A stretch of 64,000 nt of DNA, from positions 3,616,001 through 3,680,000 of the forward strand of contig CBDCDC010000002.1 of assembly GCA_965215195.1 (NCBI GenBank), given 5' to 3'. The DNA comes from Candidatus Latescibacterota bacterium. GTDB lineage: Bacteria; Latescibacterota; UBA2968; UBA8231. Shown here piece by piece: positions 26,356-35,773 of the stretch. Numbering within the stretch: the stretch's first letter is position 1; each line of letters opens with the position of its first letter. The notes beneath the pieces were generated by a model. The model searched no databases and was not told where the DNA came from. It worked only from the letters and a program-made list of their open reading frames with translations. A program made the position numbers and the translations under genes.

Positions 26356-27684
26356 ATGTTCGTCGAAGGCTACACCGATCAGCTCAGCTACCGAGCCGGC
26401 GAACAAGTGCGTTTTCACGTAGCCACCAGCGCGGACGAGTACTCTTTAGAAGTGGCGCGGATCGGTGCCGAGCGCGCAGTCGTGTGGCGGCAAGATCAAC
26501 TGCCCGGGGCGACCCATCCGGTGCCAGAAGACGCTTCGTCCAATGGCTGCGGCTGGCCAGTTTCCTGCGAGTTGGAAGTGCCGACCGACTGGCGCAGTGG
26601 GTACTACGAGTTTGCGCTGCGCATCGAGGACCAAGGCGGCAAGTTCGTACGGCGGGGGCGGCGCACGGCCGAGAGCCGGGGCTTCTTCATCGTCCGCCCC
26701 GCAGGCCCCACGGACGCCCGCATCCTCCTCCAGTTAGCCACCAATACCTACAACGCCTACAACAACTGGGGCGGCTACAGTCTCTACGGCTATCACGGCC
26801 GCGGCGGCTTGCAGGGGCATCGCGTCTCCTTCGACCGTCCACTGGCCGGGCTGTTCGACCGCTGGGAACGCGACTTTGTCGAGTGGGCGGAGGCCGCTGG
26901 ATACGCGCTCTCCTACTGCGCCAATTCCGACCTCGAATGGCATCCCGAACTGTTGGACGACTACCGGCTCGTGCTGAGCGTGGGGCACGATGAATACTGG
27001 TCGGGTCCCATGCGCGACCACCTCGAAGCCTACATCGCTGCTGGGGGCAATGCCGCGTTTTTCAGCGGCAACTCGGTGTGCTGGCGAGTGCGCAGCGAGG
27101 ACGAGGGCCGGGCGCTGGTGTGCTGGAAGCAACAGTTCAACATGGACCCGGCCTACGCGGCCGGAGACTACGCAAACCTTTCGACCTTGTGGAGCCACCA
27201 CCTCGTAGATCGGCCGGAAAACGAGCTGACCGGCGTCGGTTTCCTCTATGGGGGCTATCACCTAAGTCACGGGCAATACATGGATGGGTCCGGGGCGTTT
27301 GCAGTCCATCGCCCGGAGCACTGGGTTTTTGCCGGGACGGGCTTGCAGCGCGGCGACAGCTTCGGGGGCGAGCACACCATCGTCGGCTATGAGTGCGACG
27401 GCTGCGAGTACGCGCTGGAAAATGGGCTGCCAGTAGCCAAGGGGAGCTATGGCACCCCGAAGGATTTTACCATCTTGTGTACCGCTCCGGCGCGATGGCA
27501 CCCAGACGACAGCGAGTGGTATGAGCGCTGGGAAAAAGGGCGGGAGGGCGCGGCCGTCATGGGTCTCTATACTCGCGGCGGCACGGTGTTCACGGCCGGG
27601 ACAACCGACTGGTCGCACGGGCTTAAAGGAGACCCAGCCGTCGCCCAGATCACCCGCAATGTCCTCGACCGCCTGAGCCAATAA
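26356..27684 (+). CDS. N,N-dimethylformamidase beta-subunit family protein
   Basis: TNTYNAYNNWGGYSLY, VSFDRP, SVGHDEYWS, FFSGN, VGYECDG, VFTAGTTDW. Confidence 0.85.
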   Translation: MFVEGYTDQLSYRAGEQVRFHVATSADEYSLEVARIGAERAVVWRQDQLPGATHPVPEDASSNGCGWPVSCELEVPTDWRSGYYEFALRIEDQGGKFVRRGRRTAESRGFFIVRPAGPTDARILLQLATNTYNAYNNWGGYSLYGYHGRGGLQGHRVSFDRPLAGLFDRWERDFVEWAEAAGYALSYCANSDLEWHPELLDDYRLVLSVGHDEYWSGPMRDHLEAYIAAGGNAAFFSGNSVCWRVRSEDEGRALVCWKQQFNMDPAYAAGDYANLSTLWSHHLVDRPENELTGVGFLYGGYHLSHGQYMDGSGAFAVHRPEHWVFAGTGLQRGDSFGGEHTIVGYECDGCEYALENGLPVAKGSYGTPKDFTILCTAPARWHPDDSEWYERWEKGREGAAVMGLYTRGGTVFTAGTTDWSHGLKGDPAVAQITRNVLDRLSQ

Positions 27685-28557
27685 TCAGCCGTCCGGCACG
27701 TCCCACTTTTTCCGTTCCCACTGCTTTTGCCCAATCCGCTCGACGTATTCCTTCCCCTTGTGCGCGGTCAGCCAGCCCTTGAGCGGAACGTCCTCAGCGG
27801 TCGGCTGCCACCAGCCTTTGACATCCACCCCATCGCCGAGCAACTGCCGGCGTATGGGACTGCACTGGGCGAGGATTTCAGCGGGCATCAGGTTGTAGTC
27901 GAGGCCGCGCAGCCAGCGATAGCTGTACCCCAAAAACAGCACTTTCCGGGTCGTCTCCGAGGTATTAATTCCGCGTGCGTGCCACATCCGTCGGTCAAAC
28001 AGCACGGCCGTTCCCGCCTTCACCTGAACCTGCATGGCATCGGCAAAATCGGGCGGCTGGTCCCGCTTGTGGCTTTCGGGGACAATCCTAATCCCCCCCC
28101 TCTCCGGCTCGCTGATGTCGGTCAGCCAGAATCCGACCTTTAGCGACAATCTCGGTTGGGGACGCTCCATTTCGGGGACCGGCCGGCCGCCATCTTGGTG
28201 CCATCCTCCGGGCTTCAGATTGACGCTACTTGGGGATTCGGGCGGGTAGTAGATCAAATGCGAGATGTAGTGCTGGACGTTCCAGCCGAGAATATCCCAG
28301 ATCAGCGGAAACGTCTTGGGCCAATCGAGCAGTTCGAGAAAAACATCATCCTCGACAATAGTCCTGAACTTTGCCATCAAAGCATTGGGGGCTAAGCCAC
28401 GCGCTGCCCTTTCTTGGGCATCGACGCGGTCGCCAGCCTCCAGCAGCCTACCTAGCATGCCATCGTCGAGCGCATCCTCGACGATCAAGTATCCCTGCTG
28501 TTCAAAATGGTCGCGCTGTGCATCGGTCATGCAGTACTGCAAGCAGCTTGGGTCCAT
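27685..28557 (-). CDS. Phytanoyl-CoA dioxygenase (PhyH) family protein
   Basis: FEQQGYLIVEDAL, WHQD, VPESHK, FDRRMWHAR; start trimmed to ATG 28557 after GAGGT RBS. Confidence 0.88.
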   Translation of the reverse strand: MDPSCLQYCMTDAQRDHFEQQGYLIVEDALDDGMLGRLLEAGDRVDAQERAARGLAPNALMAKFRTIVEDDVFLELLDWPKTFPLIWDILGWNVQHYISHLIYYPPESPSSVNLKPGGWHQDGGRPVPEMERPQPRLSLKVGFWLTDISEPERGGIRIVPESHKRDQPPDFADAMQVQVKAGTAVLFDRRMWHARGINTSETTRKVLFLGYSYRWLRGLDYNLMPAEILAQCSPIRRQLLGDGVDVKGWWQPTAEDVPLKGWLTAHKGKEYVERIGQKQWERKKWDVPDG

Positions 28558-28595
28558 GGGTATCACCTCTCTGAAGTACCGCCGATGTAGGAATC

Positions 28596-28790
28596 TCATG
28601 CCGCCATACCGAATTGCCGCCGCACCTCGCCGGTACCGACGAATTGCGACAGCAGGCGATGGTTCTGCCGTTCGTATCGGACCGTACCCGCAATGATCGC
28701 CGGATGCACCTGCAACACGTTCGCTAGATTCATCACCGCCATGGAGGTCGGACGATCGCGAACCGCGCTCGAGTGCCTCCTCTGCCCATT
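28596..28790 (-). pseudogene. C-terminal fragment of a HigA/ImmA-type antitoxin-peptidase
   Basis: ...VMNLANVLQVHPAIIAGTVRYERQNHRLLSQFVGTGEVRRQF resembles C-termini of HTH-M78 antitoxins; no N-terminal part present; boundary approximate. Confidence 0.5.
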
Positions 28791-28825
28791 CATCGGCCTG
28801 CGTCTCTTTCGGTCGTCCCGCGGCT

Positions 28826-29524
28826 CTACCGCCCCCACTCCTCTTCCGGCACCTCCGAATAATCCTGCGGCTCGTACCCAATCGCCCTTTTGCCGTGTTC
28901 GACGTCGTAGAGCGGCCAGTTGCTGCCCGACACGCCAAAGACGATTTCAAACTTTACGCCCGGATGGATCAGCGCCTGCTCAAAGACTCGTACGCAATCG
29001 CCGTGGCTGAGATGGTGCGGGTGTTGGGGCTGGTCGCGCTCGAGGTTGAAGTTGCCGATGCGCACGCAGACAAATTCCATGTCGTGCTGGTGGGCAAAAG
29101 AGTGGGCGAGGGCCTCGCCGAAAACCTTGCTGACCGTGTAGATGCCCACCGGCGTGGTAGTCATCTCGACCGTGCGGGGGATGCTGCGCGGATAGAGGGT
29201 CAAAACCCCGGCGCGGCTGGCATAGGCGACGCGCTTGACGCCGTTTTGGCGAGCGGCCTCAAAGACGTTGTACGTGCCGATGAAGTTGCCCTGCAACATG
29301 GTTTCCCACTCGTGGCCGCCGGGCAGGCCCCCAATGTGAGCAACTGCATCGACGCCACGAGTGGCCTCTAACATAGAGTCGAAGTCGGCGAGGTCGGAGA
29401 CGACGGTATCGGCGAGGTCGGGCATGGGTACGCGGTCGTGGCCGCGCACTTGGTGGCGCACTTGCAGGCCGCGGGCCACGGTGGAGCCGACGCGACCGGC
29501 CGCGCCGGTTACGAGAATGTGCAT
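28826..29524 (-). CDS. NAD-dependent epimerase/dehydratase (uronate dehydrogenase-like)
   Basis: ILVTGAAGRVG Rossmann motif, YTVSKVFGE (YxxxK), CVRIG. Confidence 0.88.
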   Translation of the reverse strand: MHILVTGAAGRVGSTVARGLQVRHQVRGHDRVPMPDLADTVVSDLADFDSMLEATRGVDAVAHIGGLPGGHEWETMLQGNFIGTYNVFEAARQNGVKRVAYASRAGVLTLYPRSIPRTVEMTTTPVGIYTVSKVFGEALAHSFAHQHDMEFVCVRIGNFNLERDQPQHPHHLSHGDCVRVFEQALIHPGVKFEIVFGVSGSNWPLYDVEHGKRAIGYEPQDYSEVPEEEWGR

Positions 29525-29700
29525 GGTAGGTTCCTTTCTTTAAGCTCGGGGCTTCGGGCGGGCAGCCTAAACAGAAGGGCTGCCAGTAGAGCAGGCGGCA
29601 CCGCAGCGACCAAGGCCAGCGTTGTAAAATAGAGGGATGTGGCGACGATGAAGTTGCGCGGAATCCACGCCACTAGGTGCTCAGAAATAAGCTCCATCAT
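29509..29700 (-). CDS. Possible small membrane protein
   Basis: ATG at 29700 just after the CPBP stop, hydrophobic stretch, fills the gap to the epimerase; no recognisable family. Confidence 0.3.
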   Translation of the reverse strand: MMELISEHLVAWIPRNFIVATSLYFTTLALVAAVPPALLAALLFRLPARSPELKERNLPCTFS

Positions 29701-29707
29701 CCGCGTC

Positions 29708-32700
29708 TTAGGACGCCTCGCGCTGGGTGCCCAAGCGCCACCACAGGCAAAAGACGAGCACGAGAGCCAGCAGCAACAGGAGGCCGGCTTGCAACTGATA
29801 GGCCGGGGCGGACAGTGCGCCGAGGCTCTTGACCGCCGAGAGCACTGAGGCAAACCCCAATAGCGCGTACGCGAGGAGGTTGTTCCGCAAGACCAAGACG
29901 ATTGCGGCTACGGCGAAGCCAATGCTGGAGACAAACGTCAACAGTTCAAAGAGGAACTCGTCGAAGTGGACGGCGTTGCTGCCGGACATAATCAATCCCA
30001 CCGCCAAGCCCGCCACGATTGCGTAGAGCCTCTTTTTCACCACGACGCGGCTGTAGTAGAGCACCAAGCCCGCGAGAATCGGGACGAAGATGGCCCCCAT
30101 TACGCCTTCGGACAGGGAATTCCAAAAGGGCAGATACTGGTCCAATCCAGAAGGTAGCCCAAAGCCAAGGCTCGGGTCGGAGGCAATGAATCGGCTCTCT
30201 ACGTAGCCGCGCAAGTGCTGCCACGACTCTAGGGCGACGAGGACCAGCGCGACCCCGACGACAGCGTCGCGGAATTCGGGTACGCGCCGTGCGGCTCGCA
30301 GGCGCGCCGGCCAGTCTGGATAGAGGCTAGTGGCCAAGCCGAGGGCCGCGAGGATCAGCAAGCCGACCCCCAAGCTGCCCAAGACGACGCTGAGTATCTG
30401 AGTGATGGTAAAGATCGACAGCGTGAGGCGAGTGTCGTAGGAGCGTTCGACGACCGCTAGGCCATTGAGCTGGCTGAGGAGGAGGAAGGCCACGACCACC
30501 GCGGCGATTTTGACCAGCGGTGCCCAAGCGATGCCCTCGTCCCGCACGCGGCGCACCAGCAGCCACAGGCCGTGCAGCACCACGGCGGCAATTAAGACAA
30601 TGAGCAGGCCGAAAAGCGCGGTTTTGAGCGTGGTGCTCTCTTGGCGCGCACGCCGCCAATCCTCGGGCACTTTGAGGAAGCGATAGATAGAAACCGGCTC
30701 GTCGCCGGCCACTTCGACCCGCACTCGATAGCGCAGCTCATCGACGTTGCGCTCGTCGCCCTCCGCGGCCTCAAAGACGAAGCGGTGATCGCGGCGGTTG
30801 GGGAGCTTTTCCGACGAGGCTTCCTTGAGTTCGAGGTGATCGACGTCAAAACCGTAAGTACGCAGGTGTTCGACAGCTATTGCCTCGGCTCGTGCCTCTT
30901 CGAGGTCCGCGCCCTCGGCCTCTTCGGCCAGCAGGTGGTTTATGCTGTAGAGGGAACCATCTGCTGGATGGACGGCGACTCTGTATTCCTCCTTTTCTCC
31001 GTAGCGGAAAAATCGCGTCACCCACAAGCTGGCCAAAAGATCTTCTTGGTATAGGCGATTGACCACGGCCACTGAGTCGCGCTCCAAGATGTACCGGATC
31101 GCCATAGTATTCGGTTGGTTTTGATAGTAAGTGACCACTTCATACGTTGAGGCATCTGCGCCGGTCGCCGCTAGATGCTCAATGGCCTTGGCCTCGGCCT
31201 CGGCCCGGGTCAGGTGGACGTCGACAAAGTCGAGCGGCTTGTCGTAGGAGAGGGCGAAAAAGCCCAGCGAAGCCACGACCACCGCGGCAGCCCAACCCAT
31301 GCGCCGCTTAGACAGCGGAGTATAGGCAAACGCGGGGGCCGGGGCGGCGGGCGGTTGCGCTGTGAGCTCGTCCGCGCTGGCTTCTGAGGCGGCGGGCGCA
31401 GCGCTTTTGTTGAGCAAGGGAGTTGGGTCGGCGAAGCGGCGCTGCCGCAAGTAAAGGACGAGAGCCACCGCCAAGGGCAGGAGCATCAGGCCCGCGGACA
31501 AGGCCGCTGAAACTACGAAGTAGCTGTTGGACGAGCGGAAGAGGATTAGGGACGTGTACAGGGCGTCGATTGTGTAGTGCCATACGAGGGGGGCGAGTAT
31601 GCCAAAGCGGAGGAAAATATAGCCGACGACAATACCGCCGATGCCCACCTCAATGCCGCGGATGTAAAAGGGCTGTTGCGGGTAGCCGGCGTGGGCGAAC
31701 CCCCATATAAGGGCTGCGATAAAGACTGCGGCCCAGCGCGACTTGAGGTATTTGTGGAGGAAGGGAATCGAAAATGCCCGGGATATGAACTCCTCGGAGA
31801 CCGCGGGCATAAAGCCGATCAACAGCACCATGATCCACGGGATATACGTGTTGACCATCTCGCTGTAGGGAATGTCCGCCGGGCTCCAAGCACCGAACTG
31901 CTCGGCTGTGATGTAAAAGAGAACTTGGTAGGCCAAGAAGGCCGGGGTCATGGCCAAGCCGAGAATAGTGCCGAGGAGAAAGCGCTTCGTGCGCAGGCCC
32001 GCTGGCGTAAACTGGCCCCCGATCTGGATTTGGTTCGCGTAGTACCTTCGGTACAAAGGCTCGGCCGCCGCTGTGAGAAAGAAGATGAGGATGCCTTGGA
32101 CAACAGCGGCGAACAGACTGTTGAGCAACTGACCCGTCAGAAAAGACCCGTATGTATCGGTCGTGTCGTACCCAAACGCGGTCAGCGGCAGGTTGTTGAG
32201 TTGGGCTAGCAGCGTCAGGACCGCGGCGATAGCCCCGAAGATCGCCGCGGTCTTATAGCGGATGTCTCGGGCGCGAACGCCGCCAAAGAACGAGACCAGC
32301 ATCGCCAGTATGGTTAGGATGAGTAAAGTCCCGGCCACCAAACCCGTGGTCTCATTGCGCGACCGCAGCTCGGCGTAGTCGCGCTGCCAAGCTTCGGGGA
32401 CTTTGAGATACTCGCCAAAGCCGCCGATCTGGTCGCCTTGCAGGCGCACGTACAAGCGGTAGTGAGCCTCGCCAACGGCGAAGTCGCGCAGCTTATAGCT
32501 AAAGGTGTAGTCGATGCGGTTGGGTCGCTCCTCGGCCTGCGCTTCTACAAAGTCGAGCGCGGCGAGGTCGCGGCCGAGCTCGCCGGTGAGAAAGGCCTCG
32601 GCCGAGCGGCGGGCCTCGGCTTCTTCGAGGCTGGCGCCGGGCGCTTCTTCCTCAATGAGATGGCTAAAACTGACGAGCTCGCCAGAGGTCGTAACCGCGA

Positions 32701-33058
32701 CTTGGAATTCCTCCTTTTCCAGCTCTCGCACCCAGCGGTTGCTCCAGCGCCACAACTGCACGGGATCGCCGATGACCTGCGTGGCCTCCTCGAGACCCAA
32801 CTCGCGCTCGAGGAAGGTCTTGGTCTGGTCATCGTAGCGGAAAATGGCGCTGTGGCGGTAGGAGGCGAGGTCAAAGCCGCGGGCGGCGAGAAAATCGGCC
32901 GCCTGCACCGCAGCCTCGTCGCGGGTGACGCGGAAGTCGATGGAGGCTTCGGGAAAGGCCCGGTAGAAGTAGTGGACACCAACGGCCAAACTAACGGCGG
33001 CGACGAGCAAGCAGCCGCCGATGAAGGCTAGGTCTTTTCTCGTTAGTCTTGTTTCCAT
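29708..33058 (-). CDS. Large CPBP-family (CAAX/Abi) intramembrane glutamic protease with internal duplication
   Basis: SEEFISR, FAH and WHYTID CPBP motifs; many TM helices; two homologous halves. Confidence 0.85.
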   Translation of the reverse strand: METRLTRKDLAFIGGCLLVAAVSLAVGVHYFYRAFPEASIDFRVTRDEAAVQAADFLAARGFDLASYRHSAIFRYDDQTKTFLERELGLEEATQVIGDPVQLWRWSNRWVRELEKEEFQVAVTTSGELVSFSHLIEEEAPGASLEEAEARRSAEAFLTGELGRDLAALDFVEAQAEERPNRIDYTFSYKLRDFAVGEAHYRLYVRLQGDQIGGFGEYLKVPEAWQRDYAELRSRNETTGLVAGTLLILTILAMLVSFFGGVRARDIRYKTAAIFGAIAAVLTLLAQLNNLPLTAFGYDTTDTYGSFLTGQLLNSLFAAVVQGILIFFLTAAAEPLYRRYYANQIQIGGQFTPAGLRTKRFLLGTILGLAMTPAFLAYQVLFYITAEQFGAWSPADIPYSEMVNTYIPWIMVLLIGFMPAVSEEFISRAFSIPFLHKYLKSRWAAVFIAALIWGFAHAGYPQQPFYIRGIEVGIGGIVVGYIFLRFGILAPLVWHYTIDALYTSLILFRSSNSYFVVSAALSAGLMLLPLAVALVLYLRQRRFADPTPLLNKSAAPAASEASADELTAQPPAAPAPAFAYTPLSKRRMGWAAAVVVASLGFFALSYDKPLDFVDVHLTRAEAEAKAIEHLAATGADASTYEVVTYYQNQPNTMAIRYILERDSVAVVNRLYQEDLLASLWVTRFFRYGEKEEYRVAVHPADGSLYSINHLLAEEAEGADLEEARAEAIAVEHLRTYGFDVDHLELKEASSEKLPNRRDHRFVFEAAEGDERNVDELRYRVRVEVAGDEPVSIYRFLKVPEDWRRARQESTTLKTALFGLLIVLIAAVVLHGLWLLVRRVRDEGIAWAPLVKIAAVVVAFLLLSQLNGLAVVERSYDTRLTLSIFTITQILSVVLGSLGVGLLILAALGLATSLYPDWPARLRAARRVPEFRDAVVGVALVLVALESWQHLRGYVESRFIASDPSLGFGLPSGLDQYLPFWNSLSEGVMGAIFVPILAGLVLYYSRVVVKKRLYAIVAGLAVGLIMSGSNAVHFDEFLFELLTFVSSIGFAVAAIVLVLRNNLLAYALLGFASVLSAVKSLGALSAPAYQLQAGLLLLLALVLVFCLWWRLGTQREAS

Positions 33059-33220
33059 TTGTCGGGAGATTTATTGGGGAGAGGGACAATTTTGTCGCGT
33101 TCAACATAGCAAAAGATGGGGACGCGGACAAACCAGCCGCATTGACGCGCAACAGGACCCAAGGCACGGCACAGCTATCGGTAGGCGGCTCGCAACGACA
33201 GCCGAGGCGTTGAGCGAGTG

Positions 33221-33375
33221 CAGCCCAACGCGCCCAATCCGTTCAACAGCTAAACGGTGATCGCCTACGTCCTGCCGGAACCGGGTCCGGCGCGGGTGGA
33301 GGTCTTCGCGCTGACCGGGCAATGGGTAGCCCTCTTGCACCATTGAGACGACCGGGACGACCAAGGCGCGCGAGG
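33221..33375 (+). pseudogene. Fragment of a PNPFN-type C-terminal (FlgD-Ig / secretion-system sorting) domain
   Basis: QPNAPNPFNS*TVIAYVLPEPGPARVEVFALTGQWVALLH; in-frame TAA, no start. Confidence 0.65.
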
Positions 33376-33643
33376 TACAGATCGGCTTGCGCTATGTTTT
33401 TGACCGCTTGCAATCAAACTTCTTGACAATATCTAAAAATTCGGCTATGTAGTAATCGCTCGTGCCAAAAATGAGCCAGTTAGCGAGGCCAACCCGAATG
33501 TAATGCCGGAGACAATCTGAAATCTAGGTCTATGGTCTTTGGAGCCGTCACAAGTGCGCGGAAAGGAAGGGAAGTGCAACTAACTGTCAGAAAGGGTCTG
33601 TGAGGTTCTTGAACTGACGTCAAAACAGATTGCACAATCTCGA

Positions 33644-33835
33644 GTGATCGCCAAAGGCAACCGCATTCGCGATGTTCAACGTTTGGTTCACACTTATGGT
33701 GGTCGCGCATCGAGATGGGTCAAAAAGAGCAGTCCTCGCTTTGAAATTGCCGGGCATCAATACGAAATTCACTGGTATGAACATCCCGATATCGGTCGCA
33801 TTGAGTTGAAGCAAAAACGAGTGAATCCGCTGTGA
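33644..33835 (+). CDS. Small basic hypothetical protein (EIHWYE motif), possibly 5'-truncated
   Basis: IAKGNRIRDVQRLVHTYGG...W.K...EIHWYEHPDIGRIELK; stop overlaps the next start (GTGA). Confidence 0.6.
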   Translation: MIAKGNRIRDVQRLVHTYGGRASRWVKKSSPRFEIAGHQYEIHWYEHPDIGRIELKQKRVNPL

Positions 33836-34167
33836 TTGTCCAATTTAGAGAACAGAATATCGCACATCCCGATCTCACGCCCAATCAACATTATGTTGTA
33901 ATTGGGATAGAAGCCGATGACTTTAGAATTTTGAACGACGCGGGCAGGCCCTTTCTCTATGATGCTTCGTTGTTTGAGGTGGTCGATTCCACAGAACCTG
34001 ACGATTGGGTCACAGAGATTGGCCAAGATGGCGAGCGTTATGCCTATCCATTGCCGTTAAATGCAGTTGGTTTTTTTGAGGATTTTTTTCACGGAGAGAA
34101 AAGATCGATTGTCACATTCTGGCAGGTTGTCAATCACCAACTTGCTGCTGCGTCGGAAACCGTTTGA
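33832..34167 (+). CDS. Small acidic hypothetical protein (putative immunity/antitoxin partner)
   Basis: FRILNDAGRPFLYDASLFEVVD motif; translationally coupled to the upstream ORF; lower GC. Confidence 0.65.
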   Translation: MIVQFREQNIAHPDLTPNQHYVVIGIEADDFRILNDAGRPFLYDASLFEVVDSTEPDDWVTEIGQDGERYAYPLPLNAVGFFEDFFHGEKRSIVTFWQVVNHQLAAASETV

Positions 34168-34232
34168 AATAAAAAGCGCGGATCTCGGCTAGTGGTCGCC
34201 GCGCAAGCGGCCGCAAGCGGCATTCCCGCCAT

Positions 34233-34260
34233 CCCGGTACTCCGGTATCCGGGCTTTTTT
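34233..34260 (+). terminator. Probable intrinsic terminator
   Basis: CCCGG...CCGGG stem followed by CTTTTT downstream of the two small genes. Confidence 0.5.
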
Positions 34261-34431
34261 GTGCGCTCTGGGGGCGTAGGGCTTCCGAATCTGGCCAGTA
34301 AACCAGCCGCATTGACGCGCACGGCGGCATTTTGCAGATTCGCGGCCTCAGAGTTCGTAGTTAGACCGGCCCCCGGGAGTGGCGCTGGGGAACTAACCAC
34401 TAACCACCAATTTTTAACAGAGGAGCACACT

Positions 34432-35451
34432 GTGGCGGCGAAAAAACAGGAGCACTTCCGCGTAGGTGTCATAGGGTACGGCGGCGCGTTCAACATGGGT
34501 CAGTTGCACTTGACCTCCATGGCCAAGAACGAGGGCGTGGAAGTGGCCGCGGTCTGCGAGCTGGATGCCGAGCGGCGTCAAGTGGCGGAAGAGGACTTTC
34601 CCGGCATCAAGACCTACGGCCGCGTCGGCACCATGCTGCGGAGCGCGAACTTGGACTTGGTGACAATCATCACCCCGCACAACACGCACGCCAAGCTAGC
34701 GGTGCAGTGCCTCAACGCTGGGGTCCACGTAGTCTGCGAGAAGCCCCTCGCCATTACCAGCGCCGAAGTCAAGCGCATGCAGGCGGCAGCCAAAAAAAAC
34801 AAGGTCCTCATCTCGACGTTTCACAACCGGCGCTGGGACGGCGACTTTGTGGTGCTGCGCGATCTGATTCTCAAAGAGCAAATCATTGGCCGCGTCTTCC
34901 GCATTGAGGCTGGATTCTACGGCTACGGCGAGCAGGGAACTTGGTGGCGCTCCAATCGCAAAATTTCCGGCGGTGCCATCTACGACTGGGGCGCGCATTT
35001 TACGGATTGGATTTTGAATATCGTCCCAGAAAAAATCGCCGCGGTCAGCGGCTATCAAGTCAAAAATCCCGCGTGGAAAAAATACGACAACGAGGATCAC
35101 TCCGAGTACACGCTGCGCTTCCAAAGCGGCTGCACAGTCACCCTTACTATGTCCAACCTGTCGATGAGTCCGCGGCCGCGCTGGCGGGTGCTGGGCACTA
35201 AGGGCGCGATCGAGGATGCGGGCGGCAAGTTTCTCGTCAAGGCACTGATCAACGGCCGCCAGATGAGCACTGAGGTGCCCTTCGCCGAGTCCAACTGGGA
35301 CGCGTACTACGAAAACGTTTTCGCGCACCTGCGGGGCTGCGCCGATCTCGTCATTACCCCGGAATCCGCGGGCCGGGTAATCGGCGTACTCGAAGCAGCC
35401 AACATTTCGGCGGCGCGCGGGTCGGAGCCCATTGCGCCGGCCTTTGTCTGA
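34432..35451 (+). CDS. Gfo/Idh/MocA family oxidoreductase
   Basis: VGVIGYG, HVVCEKPLA, FHNRRWDGDF, GGAIYDWGAH; GTG start after GAGGAG. Confidence 0.93.
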   Translation: MAAKKQEHFRVGVIGYGGAFNMGQLHLTSMAKNEGVEVAAVCELDAERRQVAEEDFPGIKTYGRVGTMLRSANLDLVTIITPHNTHAKLAVQCLNAGVHVVCEKPLAITSAEVKRMQAAAKKNKVLISTFHNRRWDGDFVVLRDLILKEQIIGRVFRIEAGFYGYGEQGTWWRSNRKISGGAIYDWGAHFTDWILNIVPEKIAAVSGYQVKNPAWKKYDNEDHSEYTLRFQSGCTVTLTMSNLSMSPRPRWRVLGTKGAIEDAGGKFLVKALINGRQMSTEVPFAESNWDAYYENVFAHLRGCADLVITPESAGRVIGVLEAANISAARGSEPIAPAFV

Positions 35452-35773
35452 GCAAGTGCTGCCCCGCCTCAACCCATCGGCGCAACTGTCCGCGCTCTTG
35501 GGAATCGGCTGCCGCTCTGGGGCCACGGTCGTCGGCCTGTCGGCCGTGCGTCGCGCCAAGGCACTGGCCTTTGTATTTGCCAGCAGCGACCTAGCGCAGC
35601 GGACTCAGCGCGAACTGGCTCGCTTGGAACGCGGGGGGACGCGCGTCTTTCAAGTACAGGCAATGGAAGTGCTGACTCAGGGCTTTGGCCGCGAGGACGC
35701 CCGAGTGATCGGCGTTTTGCGCGGCGACTTAGCTCGCGGGTTGGCCAAGCACTTAAAGGAGCACACGCCATGA
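35432..35773 (+). CDS. L7Ae/L30e-like RNA-binding protein
   Basis: LLGIGCRSGATVVGLSAVRR...FASSDLAQRT...LTQGFGR...VIGV resembles YlxQ/L7Ae; start uncertain. Confidence 0.65.
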   Translation: MRRPLSEQVLPRLNPSAQLSALLGIGCRSGATVVGLSAVRRAKALAFVFASSDLAQRTQRELARLERGGTRVFQVQAMEVLTQGFGREDARVIGVLRGDLARGLAKHLKEHTP

